This document shows positions 48,898 through 60,500 of a DNA stretch of 64,000 nt, one piece after another (positions within the stretch are counted from its first letter, which is position 1; every line of letters begins with the position of its first letter). Source of the DNA: Bacteroidetes bacterium UBA2364 (GTDB lineage: Bacteria; Bacteroidota; Rhodothermia; Rhodothermales; UBA2364); contig DDTM01000057.1 of assembly GCA_002344075.1 (NCBI GenBank), positions 24,053 through 88,052 of the forward strand. Reading direction: 5' to 3'. The translations under genes were made by a program, and so were the position numbers. The notes beneath the pieces were generated by a model, which did no database searches, was not told where the DNA came from, and worked only from the letters and a program-made list of their open reading frames with translations.

Positions 48898-49485
48898 TCA
48901 GCCATTCTCTTGGAAGGATTTGACGTTTTTACGGGTCATAAACTGGTGTACATGTGCCATTGCTTCGGCCACAGCCCTATCGAGGTCATCGTTCAGAATC
49001 ACCACGTCGCATTTATCGGCAAAGGACATTTCGTAGGCAGCCTTTTTCAGGCGGCGCTCCAACGATTCCGCCGTTTCGGTTCCGCGTGCGACCAAGCGCT
49101 CACGCAACGCTTCTAAACTGGGCGGTTTCACAAAAAGCGTGAGGACATGATCGCCATACAGCGCCTTCACGTTTTGTGCGCCCTCCACATCTATATCCAG
49201 CAAGGCAATGCCGGAGGTTGCAATACGCTCGATCTCGGAACGCAAGGTGCCATAAAACAGCCCTGGATATACCTCTTCGTATTCCACAAACGCCCCTGCT
49301 ACGATCTTAGCCCGAAAATCTGCCTCATTCAAATAAAAATAATCGTGCCCATCTTGCTCGTAGGGTCTTTTTTCGCGCGTTGTGGCCGAAACGGAAAAGC
49401 GCATCAGCGGAAATTGTGCCAAAAGTGCTTTGGCAATGGTGGTTTTACCGGAACCACTGGGTGCGGCAAGAACAACAATCTTCAT
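48898..49485 (-). CDS. gmk: guanylate kinase
   Basis: P-loop 'APSGSGKTT', with 'SATTREKRPYEQDGHDYFY' and 'EYEEVYPGLFYGT'. The start is taken at MKIVVL. Confidence 0.93.
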   Translation of the reverse strand: MKIVVLAAPSGSGKTTIAKALLAQFPLMRFSVSATTREKRPYEQDGHDYFYLNEADFRAKIVAGAFVEYEEVYPGLFYGTLRSEIERIATSGIALLDIDVEGAQNVKALYGDHVLTLFVKPPSLEALRERLVARGTETAESLERRLKKAAYEMSFADKCDVVILNDDLDRAVAEAMAHVHQFMTRKNVKSFQENG

Positions 49486-49643
49486 AAAAAACAATTTTAA
49501 ACCGCTCTAAAATAATCATTTCCCTGTGCATCGCCTGTAAATCCTATGCTAAGTTTGAAGTGTGTAGTCGCTACCTTTGCAACCATTTTTCAATCTATGC
49601 ATTAGGATAGCAAGGGTTTCTGTCCGTACGTTTTTAATTAGAA

Positions 49644-50738
49644 CTACCGCTGTTTTTCGAGTAGGCCGCCCACCTTAATCCAGTCACGGAAGGCGCTATA
49701 TGGGATTAACACCTCAAAATCGCCTTGAGCATAGGCGGCAATTTCGTATGGATCGAACTTCACGAGAAAACCGCTGCTTTTCATAACTACATTCTTATAA
49801 TTATCAGCATTCGGTGCTGTTCCATTTATGAACCATTCATCGTTGGGATTTGCGGCCAATCGGGCGTCTTTCCGGAGTTCTTCGCGCACCAACTGAGAAA
49901 GGGGCTTCAGGAATCCCTGCTTAAACAACTCGTCTAAACGAACGGGGTTGCCTGTCTGAAGGTTGATAGTTAGTGTCTTGGAAAAGTGGTTTCCGTGTGC
50001 GCCACCCGAGTACACATAAACACCATATTGCACCGAAATAAGTTGTGGGCTAATCCAGATGTCGTCGTAGGAAATCTCCATCTCATACACTGATACCGCA
50101 CTTTCTTCATCTGGCGGGTTTTGCTCGGTTTCTCGGACAAAGTCATCCACCAGAGGCTTGATAATGGCCTTTAAAGCGAGATTGGCGCGAGATTGTGCAA
50201 CTGTATTTTTCATCCCACTGAGTTGCGGATAAGTCATTTTCGCGGTATAGCCATTGCCTTTACGTATCTCCTCTTGTTTGGTCACCAAAGGTGCGCTTAC
50301 TTCCACAGCACTTGTCGGGGCGAGGCCTTGCGGAGCAGTTTTTTTTTCTAAACAGAGTTTAAAAGGCAACGACCGGCCATTGCCTTTCCATGTTCCGATC
50401 ATCTCACCGTTCTGGATCTCCCCCGAAAATGTTCCGGTTTGTTTTCCAGAGGCATCAAACTCCGAGAGGTGTATATTAGAACCCCGAATGTCTCCCTGTA
50501 ACTGCAAATCCTGGCCTTTGCGAAGGTACTGATAAGTTCCGCTCAAGGTTTGCCCCACCCGACGAAGTTTCATGGTGATGGGTAGGCGGCCATCAATATC
50601 TCCAGAGAAACGGATATTTTCCGGTAAAGACGCTGAAACGGAGGGTTTAACAGTAGGCTCTGGGTTTTCTCCTGGTGTACAAGCGGATCCAAGACACGCC
50701 AAAAACAAAGGAAGCCAGAATAAGGAACGCATACGCAT
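49644..50738 (-). CDS. DUF3298/DUF4163-type lipoprotein (RsiV-like fold)
   Basis: Start at MRMRSLFWLPLFLACLGSAC (lipoprotein signal). 'YVYSGGAHGNHF' and 'FDPYEIAAYAQG' are typical of DUF3298. Confidence 0.7.
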   Translation of the reverse strand: MRMRSLFWLPLFLACLGSACTPGENPEPTVKPSVSASLPENIRFSGDIDGRLPITMKLRRVGQTLSGTYQYLRKGQDLQLQGDIRGSNIHLSEFDASGKQTGTFSGEIQNGEMIGTWKGNGRSLPFKLCLEKKTAPQGLAPTSAVEVSAPLVTKQEEIRKGNGYTAKMTYPQLSGMKNTVAQSRANLALKAIIKPLVDDFVRETEQNPPDEESAVSVYEMEISYDDIWISPQLISVQYGVYVYSGGAHGNHFSKTLTINLQTGNPVRLDELFKQGFLKPLSQLVREELRKDARLAANPNDEWFINGTAPNADNYKNVVMKSSGFLVKFDPYEIAAYAQGDFEVLIPYSAFRDWIKVGGLLEKQR

Positions 50739-50922
50739 AGCTTTGAAGTACCAGTTAAGAAATAGAATAGGAAGATAGTCTAAGGCGTTTCGTTTGGATT
50801 CGCAAGGGCTGAGGCCCAAAAAGAACCTGAAATTTTCTAAAACCAAGCCAGAGCTTTGGAACGAAGCGCAAGCGGCGGTGTTCAAATGCGCTGTTTTGTA
50901 TAATGCTTAGCAAACCAAGAAC

Positions 50923-52038
50923 ATGAGTAAAAACGGACGGGTTTTGGTGGCGATGAGTGGCGGTGTGGACTCCTCGGTGGCAGCGGCCTATTTGCGCGAC
51001 CAAGGCTATGAAGTAGTGGGAATCACTATGAAAACATGGGATTATGCCTCCAGCGGCCTTACAACAGCCCCCAAAAAAGAAGTGGGCTGCTGTACCATCG
51101 GCTCCATGAACGATGCACGAGGCGTGGCCATCAAAATGGGCTTTACACACTTTGTGGTGGATATCCGCGAAGAGTTTGGCGACTGGGTGATCAACCGCTT
51201 TACGGGAGATTATATGGCAGGACGTACCCCAAATCCGTGTGTTTTATGCAATACCCACATCAAATGGACAGCCTTGTTACGCAGGGCGGATGATTTGGAT
51301 TGTGATTTTATTGCCACCGGGCATTATGCCAATGTGCGAAAAGATGAAAAAACCGGACGGTGGGTTTTGTTTAAAGGGCTGGATCAAAACAAAGACCAAT
51401 CCTATGCCCTGTGGGGACTACCTCAGGCGCAATTGGCGCGCTCCATTTTCCCATTAGGTCAATTCACCAAACCCGCCATCCGAGAAATGGCACGGGAATA
51501 CGGGCTTATTCGGGTGGCAGACAAAAAAGACTCGTATGAGATTTGTTTTATTCCTGACAATGACTACCGTGGCTTTTTGAAACGACGCAATCCAGAGGCC
51601 ATTGCAGCAATTGGCAAGGGGCATTTTAAACAATCGGACGGCAAAGTGGTCGGTGAGCATGAAGGATATCCGTTTTATACGATTGGACAGCGGCGAGGAC
51701 TCAATATTGCCCTCGGAGAACCCGTTTATGTCACGCGCATTGATGTCGAGACGAATACCGTATTCATTGGTCCAAAAGAAGAGTTGCTGCAAAAAGCCTT
51801 AGTGGCCCGCGAAGTGAACTTTGTGAAATATGGCGACTTGCGTGAAGAACGCACCGTGACGGCCAAAATCCGCTATAAAGACGAGGGCGCTCCGGCTTTG
51901 GTTTGGCAAACTGGCGACGACGAACTACAAGTGGTCTTTGCAGAAAACCGCTCGGCCATCACGCCTGGCCAGTCGGTAGTACTCTATGAAGGTACCGATG
52001 TGGTGGCTGGAGCGTGGATCCGGCAAGCCCACGCATAA
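50923..52038 (+). CDS. mnmA: tRNA 2-thiouridine(34) synthase
   Basis: PP-loop 'VAMSGGVDSSVAA', with 'NPCVLCN' and 'DQSYALW'. The full 371-aa protein is collinear with MnmA. Confidence 0.95.
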   Translation: MSKNGRVLVAMSGGVDSSVAAAYLRDQGYEVVGITMKTWDYASSGLTTAPKKEVGCCTIGSMNDARGVAIKMGFTHFVVDIREEFGDWVINRFTGDYMAGRTPNPCVLCNTHIKWTALLRRADDLDCDFIATGHYANVRKDEKTGRWVLFKGLDQNKDQSYALWGLPQAQLARSIFPLGQFTKPAIREMAREYGLIRVADKKDSYEICFIPDNDYRGFLKRRNPEAIAAIGKGHFKQSDGKVVGEHEGYPFYTIGQRRGLNIALGEPVYVTRIDVETNTVFIGPKEELLQKALVAREVNFVKYGDLREERTVTAKIRYKDEGAPALVWQTGDDELQVVFAENRSAITPGQSVVLYEGTDVVAGAWIRQAHA

Positions 52039-52075
52039 GCTATAACCAAAGCGGTTATGGCTTATCTGTTATCTG
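52038..52075 (+). terminator. candidate terminator after mnmA
   Basis: AGCTATAACC-AAAGC-GGTTATGGCT forms a 10-bp stem with one G-U pair. The tail TATCTGTTATCTG is only moderately T-rich. Confidence 0.35.
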
Positions 52076-52279
52076 TAAGCCAGTCAAGACCTGCCGTCTG
52101 CTGTCGTTAAGCGGTCAAACGAACACATATGTCGCATCCATGAAGTCATTTCTCATATGGAAGAGTGGTGATGGGGTTTTGGCGGATCGTCATTTTTTCT
52201 TTCTTGGCAATTGGGATTCAAGGCCTTATCTTTCCAAGACCTGCCTCCATTGCTTTGAATTAAACAACGCAAGTCTATC

Positions 52280-52852
52280 GTGCCAAGCGTGCCCATTACA
52301 CAATTGCTCCAGCATGTTCGGGCCGGAGATCCCAGTTCTCACGCACAACTCTTGCCTTTGATCTATGAGGAGTTGCGGCATATTGCACGCCGCCAACTTT
52401 CGGGAGAACGTGCCCAAACCCTCATGACCACCGACTTGGTTCATGAAGCTTGGCTACGCTTGGTAGATGCGCCTTTGCACAACCTAAACAATCGCTTACA
52501 CTTCTTTGCGGTGGCAGCACGGGCCATGCGGCAGGTATTAGTGGATGCAGCGCGACGGCGGAATGCGGCCAAACGAGGGGGGAGCCTGCAACCAATGTCT
52601 ATAGAAGATGCAGCAGACTGGCTCTCCGAGCATAAATCGGAGGCTTTGCTCGCACTGAACGATGCGCTTGAGCATTTACAAGCAATGGATGGACGCATGG
52701 CAAGCATCGTGGAGCTTCGCTATTTTGGGGGTTTGACCATTGCAGAAACAGCAAAATTATTACAGGTCTCGGATTCTACCGTGAAGCGTGATTGGGAAAC
52801 CGCCAAAGTGTGGCTTTTTTCCGAATTAAAGGGTATACCATTAGACCTTTAG
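52280..52852 (+). CDS. ECF-type RNA polymerase sigma factor (Sigma70_ECF / TIGR02999-like)
   Basis: GTG start. 'ITQLLQHVRAGDPSSHAQLLPLIYEELRHIARRQL' is the hallmark N-terminus of this subgroup. Region 4 HTH is 'LRYFGGLTIAETAKLLQVSDSTVKRDW'. Confidence 0.85.
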   Translation: MPSVPITQLLQHVRAGDPSSHAQLLPLIYEELRHIARRQLSGERAQTLMTTDLVHEAWLRLVDAPLHNLNNRLHFFAVAARAMRQVLVDAARRRNAAKRGGSLQPMSIEDAADWLSEHKSEALLALNDALEHLQAMDGRMASIVELRYFGGLTIAETAKLLQVSDSTVKRDWETAKVWLFSELKGIPLDL

Positions 52853-52977
52853 CCCGTTTTAGGAAAGAAAACATCGGGCAAAGATCTTAGTTTCGGAGAC
52901 CTTTCCGGATTGTTTTTTGCGCATATATCCATAGCAGGTTCCCAACGTCCGTTTATTGTCCCAAGCCAATTTTGCTT

Positions 52978-55704
52978 ATGTATAGCCCCGAACGCTGGAA
53001 GCGCATCAAAACGATATTTGAGCAGGCGCTTGACCTTCCGGAATCCGATCGCCTTGCTTTTCTGGCACAAGAAGCCAAAGAAGACACCGCATTACATCAA
53101 GAGGTATTGCGCCTTTTGGCTGCCGAGGCAGATGCAGCGAATTTTTTAGAGAAGCCTTTGTTACCACAAATGGTCTCGGAAGGACAATACATTGGCCCCT
53201 ATCGGCTGGAAAAACTCATCGGACGCGGCGGTATGGGGCAAGTATTTCTCGCAGTACGTCGGGATGGGGCATTCGACCGGAAGGTTGCCCTCAAACTATT
53301 GAGGCCCGGTCTTAATACCGATGAATTACTACGTCGTCTGCATACCGAACGCCAAATTTTGGCCCGTTTGCAACATCCTCATATTGCCCAAATGCTGGAT
53401 GGCGGGAGTACACCTTGGGGCGATCCTTATTTCACCATGGAGTATGTAGAGGGGCTGCCCATTACACAATTTTGCGACCAAAACCAAAAAGGCGTAAAAG
53501 AACGGTTGGCCCTTTTCAGAACTGTTTGTGAAGCCATCCATTATGCCCACCAAAATTTGATCGTTCATCGCGATCTAAAACCCTCTAACATTCTCGTAAC
53601 AGCAGACGGAATTGTAAAATTATTGGATTTTGGGATTGCTAAAGTGTTGGCTGAAGACGAAAGAGAGGCCCCAACCCAGACCGTTTCGCAGGTGATGACT
53701 CCTGAATATGCCGCCCCCGAACAAATCCGAGGCGAGGCCATCACCACGGCCACGGATGTCTATGCACTGGGTATCCTTCTCTATGAATTACTCACCGGGC
53801 AACGGCCTTATGCCCTTCAAGAGCGTGCTTTACAAGAAGTAGTGCGTATCATCAGCGATACCGATCCTATGAGGCCCTCTGACCGTGTGACAGATCTGGC
53901 AACCGCCCACTCTTTGCCTCGATTGGGCGACGAGAAAACCCGCCAGCCAAACCAACTCCGGCGTATGTTACGTGGTGACTTAGACAATATGGTGATGATG
54001 GCCCTACGTAAGGAACCTACACGAAGGTATGCCTCGGCGGAGGCATTTTATACAGACATTGACCGATATTTAAAACGGGAACCTATATCAGCACGTCCCA
54101 ATACTACAGGATATGTCATCCGCAAATTTGTTCTTCGTCACAAAAAAGGTGTTGCCATTGGTATTGCCATCCTGTTTTTGACGATAGGTTTTGCCTTCTG
54201 GCACGATTACCGCATTACGCAAGAACGAAACCATGCGCTCGAAGAAGCAGCCCGTGCAACCGCTGTTCAAAACCTGCTTGTAGGGCTTTTCGAAAAAGCG
54301 GATCCATCTCAGGCACGAGGATTAGACCTAAGTGCCCGCGAAATCTTAGACATAGGAGCACGGGTGGCCAACGAGGAATTAACCGATCAGCCCCACGTCA
54401 AGGCCGAGGTATTGCGGGTGTTGGGGCAAGTCTATGCCAAGTTAGGTGAGGATCAACAAGCCGAAGCCGTCTTGCGTACTGCATACCGAGTGCTAAGAAG
54501 AAACACCCAAGCCCCTCATATCTCGCTAGCGAGGTTCTATTCTACGTGGGGTGAGTGGAACCAAAACATGGGGTATTATGCCATCGCAGATTCGCTCTAC
54601 CGCGCCGCCGACGAGATGTTTGCGGCGTTGCATACCGAAAACCAACCAGAATTTGCGGACTTGGTACATAGACGTGCATACCTTGCGCATGATGAAGGTA
54701 AAATGGCCGAAGCCGAGCAATTTTATAAACAAGCACTTCAATTGCGCCGGAACCTCTACCCTTATAAACATCCCAAAGTGGCACTCTCTCTGAACGATTA
54801 TGGCGGCTACCTTATGAATATGGGGCGCTACGACGAGGCCAAACAAATGATTATGGAAGCACTCCACATCCGGAAGTCGGTTTATGGTGAGGCCCCGCAC
54901 CCCGAATTGGCCGAAAGTTTCTATAACATCGGATACCTCTATTTTGAAATGGATGACTCCGAAAAAGCCTTGCCCTACTACCGTCAAACCCTTGCGATCG
55001 AGGAAAAACTGTATGCTACAGACCATGTAGAGATTGCCACGACCCTGAATAATTTGGGTGGCGCACTCTTGATCTGCGACCGATACCAAGAAGCCTTTCA
55101 GGTATTGAACCGCGCACTCCGTATCCAAGAAAAATCCCTGCCCTCAGATCATGCCAATATTGCGGTCACAAGACGGAATTTGGGATTCACGTTTTTAGGT
55201 CTGCAAAATCTGGCCGAAGCCGAGCAACAGGTACGCATGGCCGCTACTGCCAAAGGAAACCTGGGCACCTATTATCAAGGCGTGGACCTCACACTTTTGG
55301 CCCGAATCTTGGTGCAACGACGACAATTTAGTGAAGCGCAAACACATCTAAGAGCCGCTGAAAAACTCATTCGAGACCACTTGCCACCAGACCACTACCG
55401 CCTAAGCGATGTATGGATTGTATGGGCAGAGTGGGCCAATGCACAAGACCGGTTTGCGGAGGCGGCAGACTGGGCGCAACGCGCCATCACCTCATTGGAA
55501 AAACAACCCAAAGAGAACCGCAATTATCTGGCCGATGCCCGTGCTGCATGGGGACAGGCCCTTGCAGGCCAGCAGAAATTTGCCGAAGCCGAGCGCGTAT
55601 TACAGCAAGTGGTAGCCCATTATCAGTCGCCAGACCGCGATGCTCCGGTTCGTAAGCAAAAAGCAATAGCGGCACTTCAGGCGTTTTATCGGGCAAAGGG
55701 ATGA
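52978..55704 (+). CDS. Ser/Thr protein kinase with one TM segment and a large TPR domain
   Basis: 'GRGGMGQVFLA', 'VALKLL', 'HRDLKPSNILV', 'DFGIAK' and 'TPEYAAPEQ' are present. The TM segment is 'GVAIGIAILFLTIGFAFW', followed by ~500 aa of TPR-like repeats. ATG at 52978 (TTG at 52972 is possible). Confidence 0.9.
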   Translation: MYSPERWKRIKTIFEQALDLPESDRLAFLAQEAKEDTALHQEVLRLLAAEADAANFLEKPLLPQMVSEGQYIGPYRLEKLIGRGGMGQVFLAVRRDGAFDRKVALKLLRPGLNTDELLRRLHTERQILARLQHPHIAQMLDGGSTPWGDPYFTMEYVEGLPITQFCDQNQKGVKERLALFRTVCEAIHYAHQNLIVHRDLKPSNILVTADGIVKLLDFGIAKVLAEDEREAPTQTVSQVMTPEYAAPEQIRGEAITTATDVYALGILLYELLTGQRPYALQERALQEVVRIISDTDPMRPSDRVTDLATAHSLPRLGDEKTRQPNQLRRMLRGDLDNMVMMALRKEPTRRYASAEAFYTDIDRYLKREPISARPNTTGYVIRKFVLRHKKGVAIGIAILFLTIGFAFWHDYRITQERNHALEEAARATAVQNLLVGLFEKADPSQARGLDLSAREILDIGARVANEELTDQPHVKAEVLRVLGQVYAKLGEDQQAEAVLRTAYRVLRRNTQAPHISLARFYSTWGEWNQNMGYYAIADSLYRAADEMFAALHTENQPEFADLVHRRAYLAHDEGKMAEAEQFYKQALQLRRNLYPYKHPKVALSLNDYGGYLMNMGRYDEAKQMIMEALHIRKSVYGEAPHPELAESFYNIGYLYFEMDDSEKALPYYRQTLAIEEKLYATDHVEIATTLNNLGGALLICDRYQEAFQVLNRALRIQEKSLPSDHANIAVTRRNLGFTFLGLQNLAEAEQQVRMAATAKGNLGTYYQGVDLTLLARILVQRRQFSEAQTHLRAAEKLIRDHLPPDHYRLSDVWIVWAEWANAQDRFAEAADWAQRAITSLEKQPKENRNYLADARAAWGQALAGQQKFAEAERVLQQVVAHYQSPDRDAPVRKQKAIAALQAFYRAKG

Positions 55705-55780
55705 TTTTTTTTATCCGGTATGAACCAAAAAGCATTGGGTTTGCGCATGTAAAGACAATACATGCAAATCACAACGCCTT

Positions 55781-57508
55781 ATGAACCGATCATACTTTTT
55801 ATGGCTCTTATTTTGGTTGTGTGGCCCCTTCTTTTCTTCGGCCCAAACCATCGCCGACCTTGAAAGGCAAGCCGCTACGGTCAAACGCCCAATCATTTCC
55901 CTTAATGGTCAAATGGGTGGCAGTGCCGAGTTTTTTAGTTCCAACCGCCCCACCAGCCGATCCCCCTTCATCGGACAGGCATTTGTCAATACTGCGATTT
56001 CTGTGGGAGGCTTCCAGACAGGATTGAACCTGCTCTATTCTACCGATCATCAAAACTTCCGTCAATCGCTGAACCGAATTGGAGTGGAAGGAGGATGGCA
56101 TTGGATGCAAGTCGGGATTGGCGACACCTATCCACAGTTTTCGGAACTGAGCCTTGGAGGGGTAACATTACGTGGTGCTTATGCTTTGCTCCAACCACGG
56201 GGGTTTCGGCTTGGTTTTGCGACAGGAACCACCCAACAAGCCGTAGAAGGACAACAAGGTTCAGGAGTGTCCGCCGATGGTTTGTTGCAGGAAGGGCAAT
56301 TTCGACGGGATTTACTGGCGGCCACACTGGGTCTGCAAGACAAAGTTTTTAAACTCTATTTGGTAGGACTCTCCGCCAAAGATGATACCCTTTCCATTCG
56401 TCATTTCGGTGCTGCAAAACCAATGTCGAATCTGAGCATGACTGGTGTATTGGCCTTAAATACCAAGTTCTTCATGTTGGAAGGCGAGGCCACCGGATCG
56501 GCCTTGAATTCGGATCTTTTTGCAGCCAAAATCAATACCGACGAAGTCTTAAATGCAACAGAGAACCCCATTCCTGAAGTGTTAGACCCCGCTGTACGAT
56601 GGGCTTTAAATCGTTTTGTACCTACTTTGGGCGCATCGGCCAGTTATGCGGTACGCGCCCGCTCGGCAATCCGAATCCAACCCGTGAGTTTGACCGGACA
56701 ATTCCGGTATATTGCACCCGGTTTCCAATCGTTGGGTTTATACACCACTCGCGACGACGTACAATCATGGCAGGTACAACCCGTCTTTAATTTGGCGAAA
56801 GGGCGTTTTTCGGTTTCTGGCCTTTTGGGTTCGGAAGAAAACAACTTGTCTGCCCAGCGTGCCTCAACCACCAGCCGAAACTTATGGATGGTAAATATCC
56901 GAGCACAACCCGGAACGGTATTTTCATTTAATGGTCAAATGCAGCAAGTAACGACCAGTTCGGATGCCGTTACAGGCATGACGACCGAGGCACGCCAACA
57001 AGTGGTACAAAACCTGAGTCTTAGTCCCGCACTTACCTTAACTGGACGAGGCAACCAAACGCATACACTTCAACTGAATGCAGGACTACAACGGTTCATT
57101 AACCAAAATCAAGGACAGCCTGCGACCACCTTCGACAACCGAAATGCATCACTTTTCTGGAACAGCCAGTTTCACCGAGATTTTGCGGTCAATTTTCAGA
57201 CAGGGTACTTAGACAACCGAACGGCCTTTGGTGAAAGCCAGACACTTACGGCGCAAATCGGTACGAATCAGGCTTTTTGGAAACGCAAATTTCGCTTAGA
57301 TGCCGCCACTGGATATACACAAACCGACCAGAAAATACCGGATCAACCCACAGCCGTCTTCACGCAGTGGAGTACCCGTTTGGGTGCCACACTTTGGATA
57401 AACCCCAAAACCCAGCTTCAGGCATCGGCAACGGGTACGCGAAACCAAAGCGAAAACAATACCTTTCGGGAACTAAGAAGCCGTGTACAACTGACCCGCC
57501 GTTTTTAA
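55781..57508 (+). CDS. predicted outer-membrane beta-barrel protein
   Basis: Signal peptide 'LLFWLCGPFFSSAQ' and pervasive alternating-residue strands. The C-terminus '...RVQLTRRF' ends in Phe, an OMP beta-signal style. Confidence 0.6.
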   Translation: MNRSYFLWLLFWLCGPFFSSAQTIADLERQAATVKRPIISLNGQMGGSAEFFSSNRPTSRSPFIGQAFVNTAISVGGFQTGLNLLYSTDHQNFRQSLNRIGVEGGWHWMQVGIGDTYPQFSELSLGGVTLRGAYALLQPRGFRLGFATGTTQQAVEGQQGSGVSADGLLQEGQFRRDLLAATLGLQDKVFKLYLVGLSAKDDTLSIRHFGAAKPMSNLSMTGVLALNTKFFMLEGEATGSALNSDLFAAKINTDEVLNATENPIPEVLDPAVRWALNRFVPTLGASASYAVRARSAIRIQPVSLTGQFRYIAPGFQSLGLYTTRDDVQSWQVQPVFNLAKGRFSVSGLLGSEENNLSAQRASTTSRNLWMVNIRAQPGTVFSFNGQMQQVTTSSDAVTGMTTEARQQVVQNLSLSPALTLTGRGNQTHTLQLNAGLQRFINQNQGQPATTFDNRNASLFWNSQFHRDFAVNFQTGYLDNRTAFGESQTLTAQIGTNQAFWKRKFRLDAATGYTQTDQKIPDQPTAVFTQWSTRLGATLWINPKTQLQASATGTRNQSENNTFRELRSRVQLTRRF

Positions 57509-57523
57509 TCTCATTTCAACTCC

Positions 57524-60500
57524 ATGTCCATGAAAACTGCTTTTTCTTCCTTCTTATTGCGCTTGACGGGGTTTTTGCTCCTCCTGCCCATGTCGTTACG
57601 CGCACAATCAGGGGAATGGTCGGTACTTGTTTCCGGCATCCCCTCCAATCCACCCAGTACCGTCAGTAGTCTATTAGACCTATTGGATTCTGGTAAAATT
57701 ACCGTTTCGGTACGCTATACCGGATCAAATAGCCCTACGGTTTATGTGAATGTATTGGTGACCTCAGACCTTGCAGGCACGACTGGTGTAGCCGCAAATG
57801 GCGTGGGGACAGCACTCGACCGTGCAAAGGCCCTCGGTCTGAACACCTCAAAGATTTTGGCTACGGCCTTTTCGGAAGCACACACCATGCAAAAAGGCCC
57901 CTTCTCCGAAGTCCGGACGTTACGGAACTGGGCAGGCGATTTAAGTTGGCGCACAAACTATGATTCCAAACTCCGCAACACCCTTATCCAAACCAATTCA
58001 CTTCCAGAAGGCCAGCATGGCCTCTATGTATGGCTTTCCACCAAACCTGACGGTCAGGGTGACCTAGTGGCCGAGTACGCTTATTCCACCCAATTTAGCA
58101 GCCCAGAGCCTCCGCTTCTTCTTAGCCCCCTTCATCAAACGACCCTTCAAGAGGCATACCCCCGATTTACGTGGCAGGCGGCTACCGCTTCCTACCCAAT
58201 GGGGGATGTGTTCTACCAACTCCGAATTGTGGAGGTGCTGCCGGGCCAACGTCCCGAACAAGCCCTTCGCACAAACCCTGGCTATTTTACAACAAGTATT
58301 AAAAATGCCACCCAATTCGCCTACCCTACCGATGCATTAAAATTGGAGCATGGCCGCACTTATGCTTGGGAAGTGGCAGCTCTGGATGCCAACAATCAGC
58401 CCATTGCCACAAGGTTTCGTAGCGAAGCCTTCTCTTTTTCTTACTCCGATCCACAAGAACAAGGCTACGTGACGGCAATAAAGCCAACGAAGTCTGACTT
58501 TCGTGCAGGCGACCGCTTGATGGTTCAAGCCCAATTAGTGCCGTCCCACCACAAAAATCCGGGGGTATGGAGCGCCTTTGGCGTGGAAAAAGTGTTAATA
58601 ACCGACGATAAATTCAACATGGCGGATCTACAAACGCCCGGCGTTTTTGACCGATTGATGCTTTCTATTTTACCCGGTTTCACCCCCTCACGCGAGGTAC
58701 TGCTGCTTCAAAATCAAGCCATACAAGGTACTGAATGGACCTTAGACGATGTGGGGCAGTCTTATGTTTTGGCATGGCGTTTTATTGGAAAAACCGTCAG
58801 CGACAATCAATACAGTACGGTACAGTATGTACTCGTTCGGTCGGCGGCGTCGGCACAACTCCGCCTCGCACAAGCCGGAAACCAAACGTCTAAAACCCTC
58901 AACGATCCCCTGCCATTTTCATTCACCAAACTGCCAGAAACGGGATGGAGTGGCCTAACGCTCAAAGCATTTCTTTACCCAGTTTCGGAAGCGGCCGACG
59001 AAAACGCTACCGCACAAACGCTTTTCGGACAATTCAGTACGTTACATAACCAGCCTCCACCCGGCATACAAACTTGGCAACAAGCATTGGGGAGTACCAC
59101 GAACGGTGTATTATCCCTTCCTCGCAATGATATCGAAGGCCCTGCATTTGTGGCATTTCGTGTAGAAGGTATGATCAATAACCAAGTCGTCCGCTCTGGG
59201 GTAGGTTTATATAAACTAACCCAGCCTCCATCCAATCATGTATTGCGTCGCATTGCCGGAACCGTTACCAATCTTGCGGGAGACCCATTGGGTAGTTATG
59301 ATGTTACCCTACGGTTTACGACGGCTATCGGGCAGATCCGAAGGGCAATTACCCTGAATACCCGTACCGATGCCAATGGCATGTACCGCTTTGAACTGGA
59401 ACTCCCCAAATTAGAGGCTCCTACCGATAGAGACCCCTTGTCGTTTGAATGTTCGGTGGATGGTAAAGCATACTATTTCTCTCAAGTAAGAGAAGGCTTG
59501 TTGAGAGGGCAAAATATTGATAATATAGACTTTATCCTATCCCCGGATCGCCAAGACTTCGTATTCATGGGCGATGTGGAAGATGAAGCCGGATTCAATG
59601 TGGAGGACGCGCAAGTTGTTTTCCAGACCCGAAACGCAGCCTTGGGCATCGCAGCAATATGGGAACCACTCCAGCCTTATACCGCACAGACAATCGGCAA
59701 TGGCAAGTTTCAAATCCGCTACTCTTTCCCGACATCGCAAACACCAACCGAAGCCAATCCGAAAGAATTTCGCTTGCGTGTTGTCCCACCGGCCAATCTG
59801 ACGGGTAAGCTACTGGAACGTACCTATACGGGTTTTTTGACAGGTCGCGATATCTTGAATTTTGCGGTTGAGCTACCCGGCGTGGGTGGTCAGATTACTG
59901 GGCGCTTGGAACGCATGGGAACCGGAGAGGCAATGACCAATGGTACTGTAGAACTGCGTGACGCCAACGGGCAAACCCTTCAACGCAGTGGTTTACGAAA
60001 CGGAGGATTTGCCTTCCGAAACCTTTTGCCGGGTACATATAACCTGTACTTTGTCAAAAATGGCTATCAATCCGCGCTACATCCACACAATTCTATCTTG
60101 GCAGGCGGTATTCGGGTAAATTGGGCAGACCAAATCAATGTTCAGACCTTGCGTGCAAAGCCCCTTGACAAACCATTTTATCTGAGTGCCCGCAACCGCG
60201 ACAATGAGCCAGCCTCTTCTACCATTTTTGTGATGAATAGCGCTCAATTTCAGGCATTTCAGTCTTGGCGACTCATGAATACGTGTGCTTCGGCGATGCC
60301 ACTTCCGGTCTTGTTTACCTATAACTCGGTGGCCGAGGCAAATGCCAACTCGGAACAACATTTGCACATCCTTCCGGTTTTAGACGGCGACTTTGGCGAT
60401 GTAGCATACCATTTTGTGTATTTTCTTTCCGGTCATGGTTTCCGTATGCGGACGGTTCAGGCCACAACCGATGTTCCAGAGACACAGCAAGTTCGGCTTA

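Noticed and set aside
50755-51150. 131-aa minus-strand ORF
   Set aside because: It overlaps the mnmA 5' region in antisense. The DUF3298 gene has a good lipoprotein start at 50738, so no extension is needed.
54526-55128. 200-aa minus-strand ORF
   Set aside because: It is antisense within the TPR region of the kinase gene and is a shadow ORF.
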